A stretch of 64,000 nucleotides of DNA. Source: the human T2T-CHM13v2.0 reference genome, Homo sapiens. Below are positions 44,491-58,379 of the stretch, piece after piece; within the stretch, counting starts at the first letter, position 1; every line of letters starts with the position of its first letter. A program made the position numbers and the translations under genes. The stretch is taken from positions 25,408,001-25,472,000 of the forward strand of contig CP086569.2 in assembly GCA_009914755.4 (NCBI GenBank). The letters run 5' to 3'. Below the pieces are notes generated by a model. That model had not been told where the DNA came from. It saw only the letters and a program-made list of their open reading frames with translations, and did not search any database.

Positions 44491-45350
44491 CATAGACCAA
44501 TGGAATAGAATAGAGAGCCCTGAAATAAGGTTGCACACCTACAACCATCTGATCTTTGACAAAGCTGACAAAAACAAGCAATGGGGAAAAGACTTCCTAT
44601 TCAGTAAATGGTGCTGGGATAACTGTCTAGCCATATGCAAAAGACTGAAGCTAGCCACCTTCCTTGCACCATATACAAAAATCAACTCAGGATGGATTAA
44701 AGACTTAAATGTAAACCCCAAACTATAAAAACCCTGGAGACAACCTAGGCAATACCATCCTGGACATAGAAATGGGCAAAGATTTCATGACAAGGACACC
44801 AAACGCAATCGCAAAAAAAGCAAAAACTGACTAGTAGGATCTAATTGAACTTACGGGCTTCTGCACAGCAAAAGAAACTATCAACAGAGTACAGACAACC
44901 TACAGAATAGGAGAAAATATTTGCAAACTATGCATCTGACAAAGGTCTAATATCTAGCATCTATAAGAAACTTAAATTTACAAGAGAAAAACAAAACCCA
45001 ATTAAAAATGGGCAAAGGACAGGAACAGAGACTTTTCAAAAGAAGACATACATGCAGTCAACAAGCATATGAAAAAAAAGCTCAATATCGCTGATCATTA
45101 GAGAAATGCAAATCAAAACCACAATGAGATACCATCTCACACCAGTCAGAATGGCTATTAGTAAAAAGCAAAAAAAAAAAAAAAACAAAAAAACAAAACA
45201 AAACAAAACAAAAACCAGATGCTGGCAAGGTTGCAGAAAAAAGGAAATGCTTATACACTATTGGTGGGAGTATTCACTGTGTAAAGCAGTGCTGGCAATT
45301 CCTCAAAGAGCTAAAAGCAGAACTCTCCTTTCCAGGCTCTTTTCCTTCTT
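44491..45350 (+). mobile_element. LINE-1 ORF2 internal segment on the plus strand: the inverted arm of the same twin-primed L1
   Basis: '...[73 protein letters not shown]...[36 protein letters not shown]...' covers the L1 region just upstream of where the minus-strand arm starts. An A-rich expansion sits at ~45165-45215. The two arms meet at 44490/44491 in opposite orientation and are adjacent in L1 coordinates. Confidence 0.8.
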
Positions 45351-45938
45351 CTCTGACCATTTCCCTGCAGATCTCTTCCATAGGTACCTCTCCCCTTCTG
45401 CCATCTCAAACAGTGGTGTGCCCTGGCTCTGTTCTAAACTGTGTACTCTTTTCATAGCAGTGGCCCTCCTTAGCACCCCACAATCATTCTGATAATTGGC
45501 CTTCCCTGGGGAACATGTTCCTTTTGCTTGCCCTTGCTTCAGAATCATTGAGACATTGAACCACAGTTACACAGTGAGTACCTCATATCCATCAGAATGC
45601 TGGGGAAGAAAAGAAGTTGGGAATCACTGTTCTAAAAGTTAATCTTGGGAAATGTATTTTTCATAGCTTAAAACTATTATCAGCAACCTGATACCTTCCA
45701 ACTCTTTATCTCTAGCCCTGGAACTTCCCTATACTTCATACCCATGTATCTAATTGCCTATAGGACATTTACTTTCTTATGTCTGATAGGTACCTTGAAC
45801 TCAGCATGTCCAAAAGCAAAATCATTATCTTCATCCCCAAACATATTCTTCCTCCTGAATTCTCAATCCTATTAATGGCATATTATCTATGCAGTCATCA
45901 TAATAAAAAATGAATATCATGCATTGCATTGTTCTCTA

Positions 45939-46347
<409 letters not shown>

Positions 46348-46639
46348 TTAAAGATAAATTCACAGTGCTAGGGGAAACCTAGTCTGGTCCAGGGAGGGGG
46401 TCAAAGGAAGGCTTCTTAGGGGAGGTGGTGCTTAACCTAAAACATGAATATGTTTTTAAAAAGTGGAGTAGGCAGAGGAAGAGGCAGTAAAGTAAGAGGA
46501 AGAGAATTCTAAAGAATGAAAATAACATGTATGAAAGCTCAAAGATGGGAGGAGGGGAGACTGATGAAATACTACCATATGAGCTGCCTTTATTTATTTA
46601 AAAATTTACCAAATGTAGGCACTGTGCTAAACCCTTTAT

Positions 46640-46820
46640 ATACATTATTACTGCTGTTCCTTATATCAAGCCTATAAAACAAGGATAATAGTCTCATTTT
46701 TACAGATTAAAGAACTTTCAGAGCTCAGAGAGGTTAAATTACTTTTCCAAGACCACCCAGCTAATAAGAGACGCAACAAGCTTTGAACCTAGGTCTTCTG
46801 GCTCCAAAGCCAATTCCATG
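46640..46820 (-). mobile_element. MIR SINE, antisense
   Basis: 'gtctcatttttacagattaaagaactttcagagctcagagaggttaaattacttttccaagaccacccagctaataagagacgcaacaagctttgaacctaggtcttctggctccaaagcc'. Confidence 0.6.
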
Positions 46821-47366
46821 CATCTTCCCAAATACCTTGGGACTGATCTTTATGCTTTTATCATCCACATCTAGTAAAACATCAAATTCTGCTGAGTTTT
46901 CATATTTCTTACCTTGTTCCATTCTCTCCATACCTACCATTAGAAACTCAGCACATTATCTTTCACCTGGACCCTAGGCTCTAATTGCTTTCTAGGTATA
47001 AAGGGGTATGTGTGTATGTATCACAATAAGTCAGATCGGCATGATCTCACTTTCACAACAAGAGATTCAACAAGTGTCTGTATATGTATCACGGAAGAAA
47101 TATTCCTGCTCTTTTCTAAGGCTAGCCCTGGAATATCCTAGAGCCTAGTCAAGTGACTTCTTTTCTGCTTTAATTATGCTTTTTGGTGATCTCACCCAGT
47201 CTTCTGACTCAAAATATCAGCACTAAAGCAATGACTTCTACATCTGTATTTCTCCAGCTTTAATGTCTCCCATAAAGTCCAAATTCCTAGTTGACAATTG
47301 TCTACTTGACATCTCAACTTGGATGTCTAATAGAAATATCCCTCGCCCTATTAAAATGTGAGTATT

Positions 47367-47489
47367 GCAGTAGGCAGAGGCAAGAGAATTGCTTGAATTT
47401 GGGAGGTAGATGTTGCAGTGAGCCAAGATCATGCCATTGCACTCCAGCCTGGCCAACAAGAGTGAAACTCCATCTCAAAAAAAAAAAAA
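47367..47489 (+). mobile_element. Old Alu right-arm fragment (5'-truncated) with an A13 tail, at the 5' edge of a composite insertion
   Basis: 'gcagtaggcagaggcaagagaattgcttgaatttgggaggtagatgttgcagtgagccaagatcatgccattgcactccagcctggccaacaagagtgaaactccatctcaaaaaaaaaaaaa'. Confidence 0.8.
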
Positions 47490-48174
<685 letters not shown>

Positions 48175-48175
<1 letters not shown>

Positions 48176-48464
48176 TCTGCTAATATATAAAGTATACATT
48201 ATATATTATATTGATATAATTGTTATATTTATATTAATAAAGTATATTATAAATTATTGTAGAAATTTGGATATAATTTATATTGTATTATAAATTAATA
48301 AATATAAATTATATTATAAATTAATAAATAGTATAATATTATATTATATATTATAATATATTAGTATAAATATATTATATAATATATATACTTGCCTGAA
48401 TAAAACTTGTATTGGATAACTCCAATATCTACAATACATATCAAAAATAAATAAATAAATAAAA
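48175..48464. repeat. ~290-bp degenerate AT-rich low-complexity tract ending in (TAAA)n
   Basis: 'ttctgctaatatataaagtatacattatatattatattgatataattgttatatttatattaataaagtatattataaattattgtagaaatttggatataatttatattgtattataaattaataaatataaattatattataaattaataaatagtataatattatattatatattataatatattagtataaatatattatataatatatatac...caaaaataaataaataaataaa'. It contains imperfect ~20-30-bp subrepeats such as 'tattataaattaataaata'. Confidence 0.9.
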
Positions 48465-50134
48465 TGTGAGTATTATGAAGTCAGGAATTTTGTCTACCTT
48501 GTATATTTTTGCATCCCTAATGCATAGTGCCTGACACATAGTGGCTCATCAATAAATATATGTTGACTGAATAAACACATGCTGCATGAGAGCAAAAGAC
48601 ATCCCAAATGGGACTCGATTGTCCTAGAGGGTCTTTGAGAATTTGGTACTCTAGGTTAAATGTGTATTTCGGGAGGACAGAAAGGAGTAGTGGTTGGCTC
48701 TAAGCTCCTTTAGTGTGCTACAGTTAATCCTACTCTTTAATGATTGACCTACCTGGGATGTTAGCAATCCCTAAACATTATACCTCTAGGAACACTATCC
48801 ATCAGACTTGCCTGTTAAGAATCACTTTGGAAGACCTTTACAATATAGATTTTCAGGACTTCCACCTGCTACCACCATGTCACCTCCGTATCCAGAATCT
48901 CAAGGGGAGAGGTCTAAAAATCTACATTGTAAACAAATAACCCCAGTGATTGCTATTGACAAGTTTGAAGGAGACTACTATAGAAGCTTTACCCATTAGG
49001 TTATTATAGTTGAAAATGGCTCAGCTTGCTCGATATCAGTATCTACACACGCCCTTAGCTCTAAGTCAAGAACTCCAGAAATGATACATAAACTGCCCAA
49101 ATAATATTTCGTTAGTTTTAGTCCAAAGTACTAGAGGTCACCAGTGATCTAAGAGAAGCCTTCTCATACAACATGTCATATATGGAGTTTTCTAAATGTA
49201 TATATTCTATGAAGGCACATCTGTGTGAACATTTATTCTCAAGAAAGGATCTGATTTTGTTTATTTGGCACAAAATTAATTATGCCATCCCATGCTCAAT
49301 TCCCACACCTTATATGAGTCTTTACTGTGACATATTAATGTCAGTTTTCATCACTTTTTTCCTTAAAATTGTTGAAGAATCAGGATTTCAGCTTCTCTTT
49401 CCCCAAATCCATCCCTCCTAACTATCATTTCAAGCAAGCACAGGGTCATCACTTTGAAGATTTCTGTCATCCCCTCCACAAATCCCCAAAATGTTTTTCC
49501 TGCACATATTCAGTAGACTAAGCGCTGACAAGGCAAAAAGACTAGTAAATTCCATAATCTACTCCTAATTAAGGAATTCAAATGACAACAAACAATTAAA
49601 GTGAATGACAGCAACTAACAGTCTTCTGACAGGCACTGTTACAAGAACCTGTGAGCCTTAAAGGCAAACTTACTTATGGTCATAGTCTACAAAAGCTGAA
49701 TTTCAAGTATTAAGTGATTACATATTCCCAATTATAATCTTAGCTAACCTCAAAGACTGGTCCTTGGGAAGTAAAAAGGAATAGGATCAGATGAGAAAAA
49801 CAGATAGGGACATGCTAGGAGAACCATTTCAGGCTTTCTCCTCAAAAGGTAATGAACTAAAACATAACAGAGAGACTATATTTAAAATGACATGGAAGCA
49901 ACTCCCCCTCTCTCCTTCACTTTCTCATTCAGGAAGTTTTACAGTTTGCTTCATTAATGCTGCCCCAAACAACATTTATCCCTCTAAACACATGATGTTC
50001 CCCAACAAACTGTTGCTGATAACAAAGAATCAGGGGAATTGGCACAATGCTGAGTTATCAGAGAAGTGCTTGGATGAGAGAAAATGACATTTGGAGTTAT
50101 GTTGACATTAGCAAATACCTTCTGTATCAGTAAC

Positions 50135-50365
50135 CTAGAGCAGAGGCCAGCAAACTGCAGCGTGGCCTGCAGACCAAATCCAGTCCACCGGCCTGCTTTT
50201 GTAAATAAAGTTTTATTGGAACATAGTCACTCCCATTTAGTTACATATTGTCTATGGCTGCTTTCCCATTACAACAGTGGAGTTCAGTCATTGCAACAGA
50301 TTACGTGGCCAGCAAAGTGGAAAATATTTACTATCAGGCCCTTTTCATAAAAAGTTTGCTGACCT
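50135..50365. mobile_element. Small nonautonomous DNA transposon (MITE-like) with ~12-bp terminal inverted repeats
   Basis: TIRs 'GGCCAGCAAACT' (~50147) and 'AGTTTGCTGACC' (~50353). The interior 'gcagcgtggcctgcagaccaaatccagtccaccggcctgcttttgtaaataaagttttattggaacatagtcactcccatttagttacatattgtctatggctgctttcccattacaacagtggagttcagtcattgcaacag' matches a common mammalian MER-type palindromic element. Exact family name not recalled. Confidence 0.55.
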
Positions 50366-53300
50366 ACAGCATCACATGCCAAAAATGAAGTGAGGCTGCT
50401 ACCACTGTCCCACCCCCAACATGTTCTGCTGGAGAACAGGTGTAAACATCTGCTTCCCCTATCAGCCTCAGAAAGGCAGAGTGTTGACTCTTCACAACAG
50501 CCAGCAAGTAGTAGCTATACCAGACATTTGGAGAAATGAGAAATACAGCATTCAGTCACCATAAACAGCCCCATGTTTCACCCATTTGGCATATCACTTT
50601 TGAAAGTCCTCCAACTCCTAAAATGCCATCTTAAAGTATACAATGTTTTATTTGGTGATATAATACTCAAACATGTTGTTTGCCTCTTAAAATGCTTCTG
50701 TTTCCTGAAAAAAATTTTCAGAAACATAGCAAGAGCTATAAGCTCCAAGACCATAAGTACTTGTATTATGTATTATGCTAGGTATTAATTTGCCAATGGA
50801 TTTTTAAAACTTCCCTGCTTTCCTCTTGGTAGCCAATAATACTGACATAGTTTAAGGTGTAAGAGTGCAGGTTGTAATAAAACATTGTTAAAAATTTAAA
50901 CTATAAAAAAGTTAAGAGTTTCTTAAAAGTACATATTCTATGAAGACACAACTGTGTGAACATTTATGTACCTTAAAGGATCATACTAGGTTACAAAACT
51001 ATGGTTTCTCTATGAAGAGATTTATGTCACTAAATGGCTGCTATCTGCTTTACTGAAGACTGAGACAGTATGGAGAAAAATTAAAATTGGGAGGTAGTGG
51101 CCATTCATCTTTACATTTTTACAAGCTTTATACAGGAAGCTTTACAGCTTGTGATAGGTAGTCCAACTATCCTACCTTTGAGATTCTACCAAAATAACAC
51201 TTCTAAAGGTAACGTCTATTAGTACCTTAAGCTCAACATTCCTGCTGGGGCAAACCTATAAACATTCCATTTGCTGAAAAAGGACTTCAAATCCCACATC
51301 AAGCTTTCTACCTCAATCTTGGGGCTAGAACTCTAACATTAGCTAAGCCTAAGCCATAGGTTAAGGCTCTCCAGCCATGCTATCAACAGGATAAATGAAT
51401 ACTTCTATAACCGAGGTAACTCTTAGACTCCAACTGAAAGAGAAACAATTATTCCTGGGGCTCTCTATGATCAAAGCCATCATAGGACTACTTTGATAAA
51501 AGAGTTGAACCTAAGTGCTTTGAAGACAACCTTATAAAACTGTCATCATAGTAATGATGGTGTCCCAGGAATGCTCAAGTTGACAATGATCCTTTTCTAA
51601 AGAATGTCATTAGTTGGTTTTGAATATGTTTTTTAAAAAGAAAAACTTTGGAAAAATACCAGTAGGAAATTCACTAGAATGTTAATAATTTCTTCTGAAA
51701 AGTATGGTTATGGATGGTTATGGACAATTTTTCTTAGCTTTCATAGCTGAAACAATCCCTTTTCATAACAAATATTTTCAACACCTCCTTACTATCCTGA
51801 AATAAAAATCACTGATATAAAACTTACATAAAATCATTTAAAAAAATAACATAATATGAAGAAGAAATAAGAGCAAAGCACTTTATAATAAAATATGTAT
51901 TTTAATGTGTTAATGCTTGGGCCAGTAAACTAGAAGGCATAAAGAAGCAGTCAGAGATTTGGATGCATCATATAATTATCATGGAGGCGGAGGTTAAATG
52001 CAGATCTATAGAACGTGTGGCATGATGTACTCATTATGTAAGTGGCATTGCTGTCAGGGATAAATAAAACTAAGAGCAGTTTCTCCTCATTTACATGGTG
52101 GTTGAATTTTTAGAACTGTCTTCCTCCCCACTGCCCCTCAAAAATGAGCTTAAACATAAAATCAAGTTTGTTTTTAGACTCAGATAACTGATAGGTTTTC
52201 ATCTATGACTGTCAAGGGAGACAGTCAAAAGTCAAGCAAGCTTCAGGATACTTGTTTGATATGGGGCATTTTAGGATATCTAGCATCTCTCACCCTTTCC
52301 ATTTAATGCATGCAGAACATCCCCCATCGCTGTATTCCCTGAAAGTAGCCCTATGAATTTTTACAACTTCCTCTAGCAATTCTCCTGCTGCTTTTGAGAG
52401 CTACTGCTTTATATTTTTCTATACTTCATGAATTTTCTTTAATGAAATTTACTATCTTTTATAAACTTTTTTTTAAAAAAAGCTCTGGCAGAGTTTTAAG
52501 CTCATCTGTGTTCCTATAATAAAAAGACATAAGGTCACAAGTCACTAACACAAACTAATATCTTGAAAGCAATTGGAGGCAGAAGAAATCAAAAAAAGAA
52601 AAGGTCAAGAAGTTAAGTATACTATCCTTAGTAGCTGGATAAACCTTTCACATCTTTGGATGAGATGCATGAGAGAAGTCCAAACAGATACCTCAAAGAA
52701 CAATTTATTCTATCTTAAAAAAGATTTATGATTAAAGCAGAATTCACTGATGTAAAGGGACACTAGTTCCAAAAAATTACAAGGTCTCAAAGGAATACAT
52801 GTGAGCTTTGATTACGGAGATTTCCTGGGCAACAGCACGACCTAAAATTAATAGAGTCCATAAAAGGAAGATGCCAAAAGAAACTTTGTGCTTAAGATGG
52901 TTTATACAGCTTGGGCTACAGCAAGACACAACCCATATATAGAAAATCACAGCATCTGCAGTATTTTAAGAAACTATAGTTGCAAAGCAAGAGCAAATGT
53001 ACAGTGAGAGGAAAGATCCTTCAAGGCCAGTGTGGAGTCAACCACTAGAGAAGATTCTTCAGTGCATGCTGGATAACAGGCAGCTTCTCACATACTGAGT
53101 TGGTTGGCTGCCATTTCTCAATCTCTATCTTTTTCCCTGGGACTGCGCATTGTCATCAATTGCAGAAATCCAGGACAGCTTGCTTTTCTACATGTGGAAT
53201 GCCTGCCAATTCCCAGAAGCTGGCTACCGCAAGACGGTTTATTAACAGCAAAGGCTGTTAACAGCCATTGCTTATCAAGTTTACCCTTACTTTTATATCC

Positions 53301-54394
53301 TTATGAACATTATCATGTTATCAAATTTCTCAGACTTTTCAAAACCCTTTCATTCTGGGGACGAGCTATCTTTTCCTTTTTTTAAAAAAAAATCTGCCTA
53401 AAGATTAAACAGGTTAAGAGGAGAAAAATCTATATTTTATTATCTCTCTAAGTCTGTTAAAAGCAACAGAGGCTTGCTTAAAAAATAGATTTTGGTTGTT
53501 ATGTAATATACTGCAAAAAATATTACTTTACTACATAAATAACTATTAGATAGCTCATGTACCATGTCTTTAAACTTAGTCAAACTGTTGTTCTAACTCC
53601 ACAGTGCAATCTTGTCTGGGAAATACCTTACCATATTAAGCAATCGAGCCCCAGAGAGAGAGGAAAACGAATCAGACTTAGGATTTTACCTAAAAGGAGA
53701 ATGGCAAAAATACTGACTGGTGGTGGAGAGTGGACAGAAATTTGCTGGATACCCTCCAGCAGATAAAGTGGTTTCACAAGATTAAGTAACAATATTAAAA
53801 AATTCTGCTCGAGCGAAAGGATCCAGCAAATAGCCAGAAGCAATGCTGTGAAAAATTGGAGAAAAAGGGCTGCTATTTACTCAAAGGAAGAAGGTGGGAA
53901 AAAATAGTAAAGATCTCTGAAACTAGGACTGTTGGAAGCACTGGCAAAGAAGCATAAATGGAATGGGTTATTTAGGCATAAAAATGAAAGCCTGCTTGCT
54001 TGACAGAGAAGTTGCAGGGACTTGACTTGATCAGATGCTCAACAGGTTCCAAACACAATTTGAAACATTTAGTTCTTGTTCCTTTCCTTTCTACTCATTT
54101 CTTTCCCCCTACTTCAGCAATCTCCTTTAAAACTTATTCCTCAAAATTCTTCAGTTATGTGTCAGAACACATGTTGGAGTTATAGAGGATGTGGGGCTAC
54201 TTCTGTGACTCTCCAAATAATCCATTCTTTAAGGATAAATTAATAACTTCAAAATCACATGATCCTAAGGCCAATAAAAGTATTCCGAAAGCCTTACTCT
54301 CATCCAGATGTAGGAACTTATAAATTTGGAAAATAATTTAAATGGATTGTAATCATCTCTGTTTAAATGTATTAGCTCATTTTCATTTCACAAT

Positions 54395-54545
54395 TCTAAG
54401 AGGTAGACTATTATTATCCCTACTTTACAGATGAGGAAACTGAGGCATAGAAAGGTTAAATAACCTATCCAAAGTAGTTAAATGGTTAAGCTGGGGTTAA
54501 ATGCAGGGAGTCTACCTCCTGGGTGTGTCCTCTTAACTATTATGC
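54395..54545 (-). mobile_element. MIR SINE, antisense
   Basis: 'ctattattatccctactttacagatgaggaaactgaggcatagaaaggttaaataacctatccaaagtagttaaatggttaagctggggttaaatgcagggagtctacctcctgg'. Confidence 0.65.
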
Positions 54546-54856
54546 TGTATTATTTGTCATAACATTATGTGATATAAGAGATATAACAGATATAAAGATA
54601 CAAATTTGGAAGGTAGTGCAACAGCTGTGCACTAGGACTACAACTATGTGACACTAGCAAGGTACTTAATCTCCTGGGCCTCAGCTGTTAACTTTAAAAT
54701 GACAGTGTTAACTAGGTGGCCTTTAAAGTATTTTTTAGCTTTAAATTTAGTCTATAACTGTCATTCTAGCCACCCCAGAGAAATCAAATTTTAATATACA
54801 GTAACACATTTTAGGTGTTGTTTTATTTCTAATAAAAGTTTTTCCAAGAGTCTTCT

Positions 54857-55143
54857 TTTTTTTGGGGGGATAGGGTCTTGCTCTGTTGCCCAGGCTGATG
54901 TGCAGTGGTGCGATCTTGGCTCACTGCAACCTCCGCCTCCCGGGTTCAAGTGATTCTCATGCCTCAGCCTCCTGAGTAGCTGGGATTACAGGTGGGTGCC
55001 ATCACACCCAGCTAATTTTGTATTTTTAGTAGAGATGGGGTTTCACTGTTGACCAGGCTGGTCTCGACCTCCTGACTTCAAGGTCCATCTGCCTCGGCCT
55101 CCTAAAGTGCTAGGATTACAGGTGTGAGCCACCATGGCTGGCC
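54857..55143 (-). mobile_element. Alu SINE, antisense, with a perfect 13-bp TSD 'CCAAGAGTCTTCT'
   Basis: 'ttttttttgggggatagggtcttgctctgttgcccaggctgatgtgcagtggtgcgatcttggctcactgcaacctccgcctcccgggttcaagtgattctcatgcctcagcctcctgagtagctgggattacagg...cctaaagtgctaggattacaggtgtgagccaccatggctggcc'. TSD copies at 54845-54857 and 55144-55156. Confidence 0.92.
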
Positions 55144-58100
55144 CCAAGAGTCTTCTTAACTGAAATTGAAGTGACAGTTATTCAAAGATGTAATAGAGCT
55201 GAAGAAAATTTGGCAAAGGAGACCAAGAGGTAAGTTAACAGATCATTTGCAGACATAGTAATTAATAGAATCCCTCTGATGTAGTAAGAAGAGTCTTATG
55301 ACATCCCTGGACTCCAAAGGCCTCTAGACAAGTTTGCAGAAAGGAAGAAATTTCTAGTTCAAAAGACACCAGAAGATGCCCTGTAATGTCCAGCTCTCCT
55401 ATACCATTGCACGGCCCATTTATAAACAGACTGAGCAGATTTCATGGGAAATAGCCCTTGAAAAAAAAAAAAAGGTAAAATAAGAACAATGATAAAACTG
55501 CCTATTGTTTCATGTGTTTTGTTTGATTTCGTTTTGGAAAAAGGGGGAAACTGCATCCATATTCTCAGGGTCAGGTACCAGGATTGCTCAGTTTCCTTTC
55601 TGATTCTTCCCCTTCTCCTCACTTTGAATTTCGGAGTGCTCCAGGGCTCTTTCGGCCTCTTCTCTGTCTACATTCATTCTCTTCGTGGTCACATTCAATC
55701 TCATGGTTTTAAAATACAATCTTTAGGTTTACTGATATCCAATTTGTAGTTCCATCCTGGCCCTTAAACCTGAATTGCAGATTCCTATATCTAACTGTCC
55801 TCTTGACATTTCCATGTGGAAATATGTCAATTAGACCTATTAGATTTAACAATTCTAAAACCAAAACCAAATGTCTACTTTTCCCCCACCAAATGTATTA
55901 TGTATTCTTCTTGTAGTATTCTCCATCTCAATTAATAAAATTCCATGCTTTTAGTTGCCTTAGCTAAAACGTCTTAGTGTCAACCTTGACCTTCTGTTTT
56001 CTCACCTGATATCCAAGAAAACAGCAAATCTCATTGGTTCTAACTTCAATATATATCCTGAATATGACAACTTCTCAGCATCTTTACTGCTTGCTATTAT
56101 CCTGGTACAAACCACCGTCAGTTTTCTCCTGGATTACTGTATTATAATGGCCTCCTAACTGATGTCCCTGCTTCCACTAACGTCCTCCCAGAGTACATTC
56201 TCCAAAATAGCAGGCAGTAATCCTTTAAAACATAAGTATAATCATGTCACTCTTCTGCTCAAAACTACAAAAGCCAAAGTTCTTATAACTTATCAGTCTA
56301 TGCCATTTGGCCTTCTTGCACATTCCACTCTAGCCACACTGGTTTTTTTTTAATCTGTTCTCAAGCATGCCAGATACCTATCTTAGGGTCTTTGCAATTG
56401 CAATTCCCTCTGCCCATAACACTCTACCCTACATGTCCACATAGTTTCCCACCTTGCTTCCTTTAAGACTAGGCTTAAATCATATTTTCTCAGTAAGGCC
56501 AATCCTGACCACCCTACTTATAATGTCAACCTCCTTCCATGTTGGCACTTCTGATTCCTCCTTAGCCTACTCTATATGGTTTTTCCATAGCACGTATCAC
56601 CTTTTAACATAGTATTTACTTTACATATTTATGTTGTCTGTCTCCCCCACTAGAATGTAAATTCCATAAGAGCAGGGCTGTTTGTTCATTGTTGCATCCC
56701 CAGAATCTAGAAAAGTGCTTGATCATAATCGGCGCTTAAAAGCACTTGTTGAATTAAGATGCTTACAAAAGTGAAGGCAGGACAAAATGGAAAATGCATT
56801 TAGTGGCTTTTGGTATATTTCTATTTATTTCTATGGCATTAATTTTCTGTTAAAGTTCAAAACTCAGCTCTGCTAGCAAATTCCAATTGTGTTCTTTCAT
56901 TTAGTTTGAAAACTTTGCATTTAATAGCTTGACTCTTTTAGAAGACTTTTACCAACAGATCTCTCCACGAGCATACCCCCAGTTATCTAAGGCAGGTACC
57001 TTGATATCTATAATTTAGTAACTCTTTAACACTATCTCCTTTACCAATGAGTTCTGAGGGATGATTAGTAATCCAGACCTACTGATTGCATTCTGGATGG
57101 GGACAGCTATATTGCTAACTTTGAGGGTAAGGTTTCAGTAATTTTGTTCAGATTGAGTGCCACCTGATTTATCTAAAAGCAACAGAGATTCTAGGGGAAA
57201 AGAAAAGTATGAAAAGTCTTACTTCCTGACATACATAACTACCCACCTATGTCAAGGATAGCAGAAGAATGCTGATGCTCTACCCACTGAATCCTGATAC
57301 TCTGAGTAGGCTTTTAAGTTGTCCTTCAAGAAGACGTTCCTTCACTCAAGGAGGTGAGATGCTACTAGCAAGTCAATTCGAACATGTAGCCTGCTGAGTA
57401 AAAAAACCAAATGGATGAATAGGGAATAGAAAAGGATGTAAGTCCTAATTTCAGTTTTGCTTCACTACAGTCAAACAAAGAGGTTCCCTGAAAAAAGGTA
57501 CAGGTTGCTCACCTAGCAGAGATGTCATGCCCAAATAATTCTTAATTTCTCTGAGCCTCAGTCTTCTTAACCATAAAATTGGTTCCTAATCCAAGATATC
57601 TCTAGATCCTCTTCCAATCCTATGATACCAAAAGTTGGGAGGCAAGTACCTTTACTACATTGAACCGGGTCCTTCAACAATTCCTTAAAAACAAAAGCAA
57701 TTTGTCTTCTGCTCAGCTTCTTTAGTGCACCATTCTGCCTGTTCACCAACATCTTTTCTGTTGACCACTTGTGCCCTCTAGTGATAAATTCAATTATACA
57801 ACAGGATTGGCTTGGAAAACAGCTCCAGAGCAAACAGGGAAAACCGTAAGAAAGCAACAGATAAAACTCAATGTAAAGAAAATGGAATCCAGGTCAAAGA
57901 TGCAGGTAAAAAAAGATGGAAATAATCCAAAAGGTCATTATCTTCTGTGGCATACCTATGCTTGTTCCCTCCAGGGCAAACATTCTATGTGATTACTACT
58001 ATAGTAAAGAAAACAGCAAACACACTGCTGAATATAAAAGCATTTTCAGATATAATTAGAATAACCCTATTCCTCAAATTAAGATGCAGATTATTTTTCA

Positions 58101-58379
58101 TTTAGAAAGACAAGGGATCTATTAAGATTCTCAGAGACTGTCATATACCTAATGTGGATAAACAAAACAGAATTGTTTTTAAACACATCTGTCAAGGAGA
58201 TGCTAAGATGTCAATTTTATATATTAATTGCTAGTTTCACTGGTTCATGGATTTACCAGTGGAGATGGGTTCAGACTAAAACTATGCACTGTGTTGGGCT
58301 TAAGTAGGGTCCCCAGCCTTCTAAGCATGTTCCTTGCTGTTCCCAGCATAGCAATGCATGACTAGTCTATCACATACTC

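Noticed and set aside
49791-50350. Two tandem ORFs (98 and 88 aa) that could look like a bicistronic unit
   Set aside because: The second runs through the TIR-bearing MITE at 50135-50365. The first has no recognisable similarity. Both depend on alternative start codons.
57530-57600. A short MIR-like motif ('ctgagcctcagtcttcttaaccataaaattgg')
   Set aside because: Only ~35 bp resemble the MIR core. That is too short and divergent to call without alignment software.
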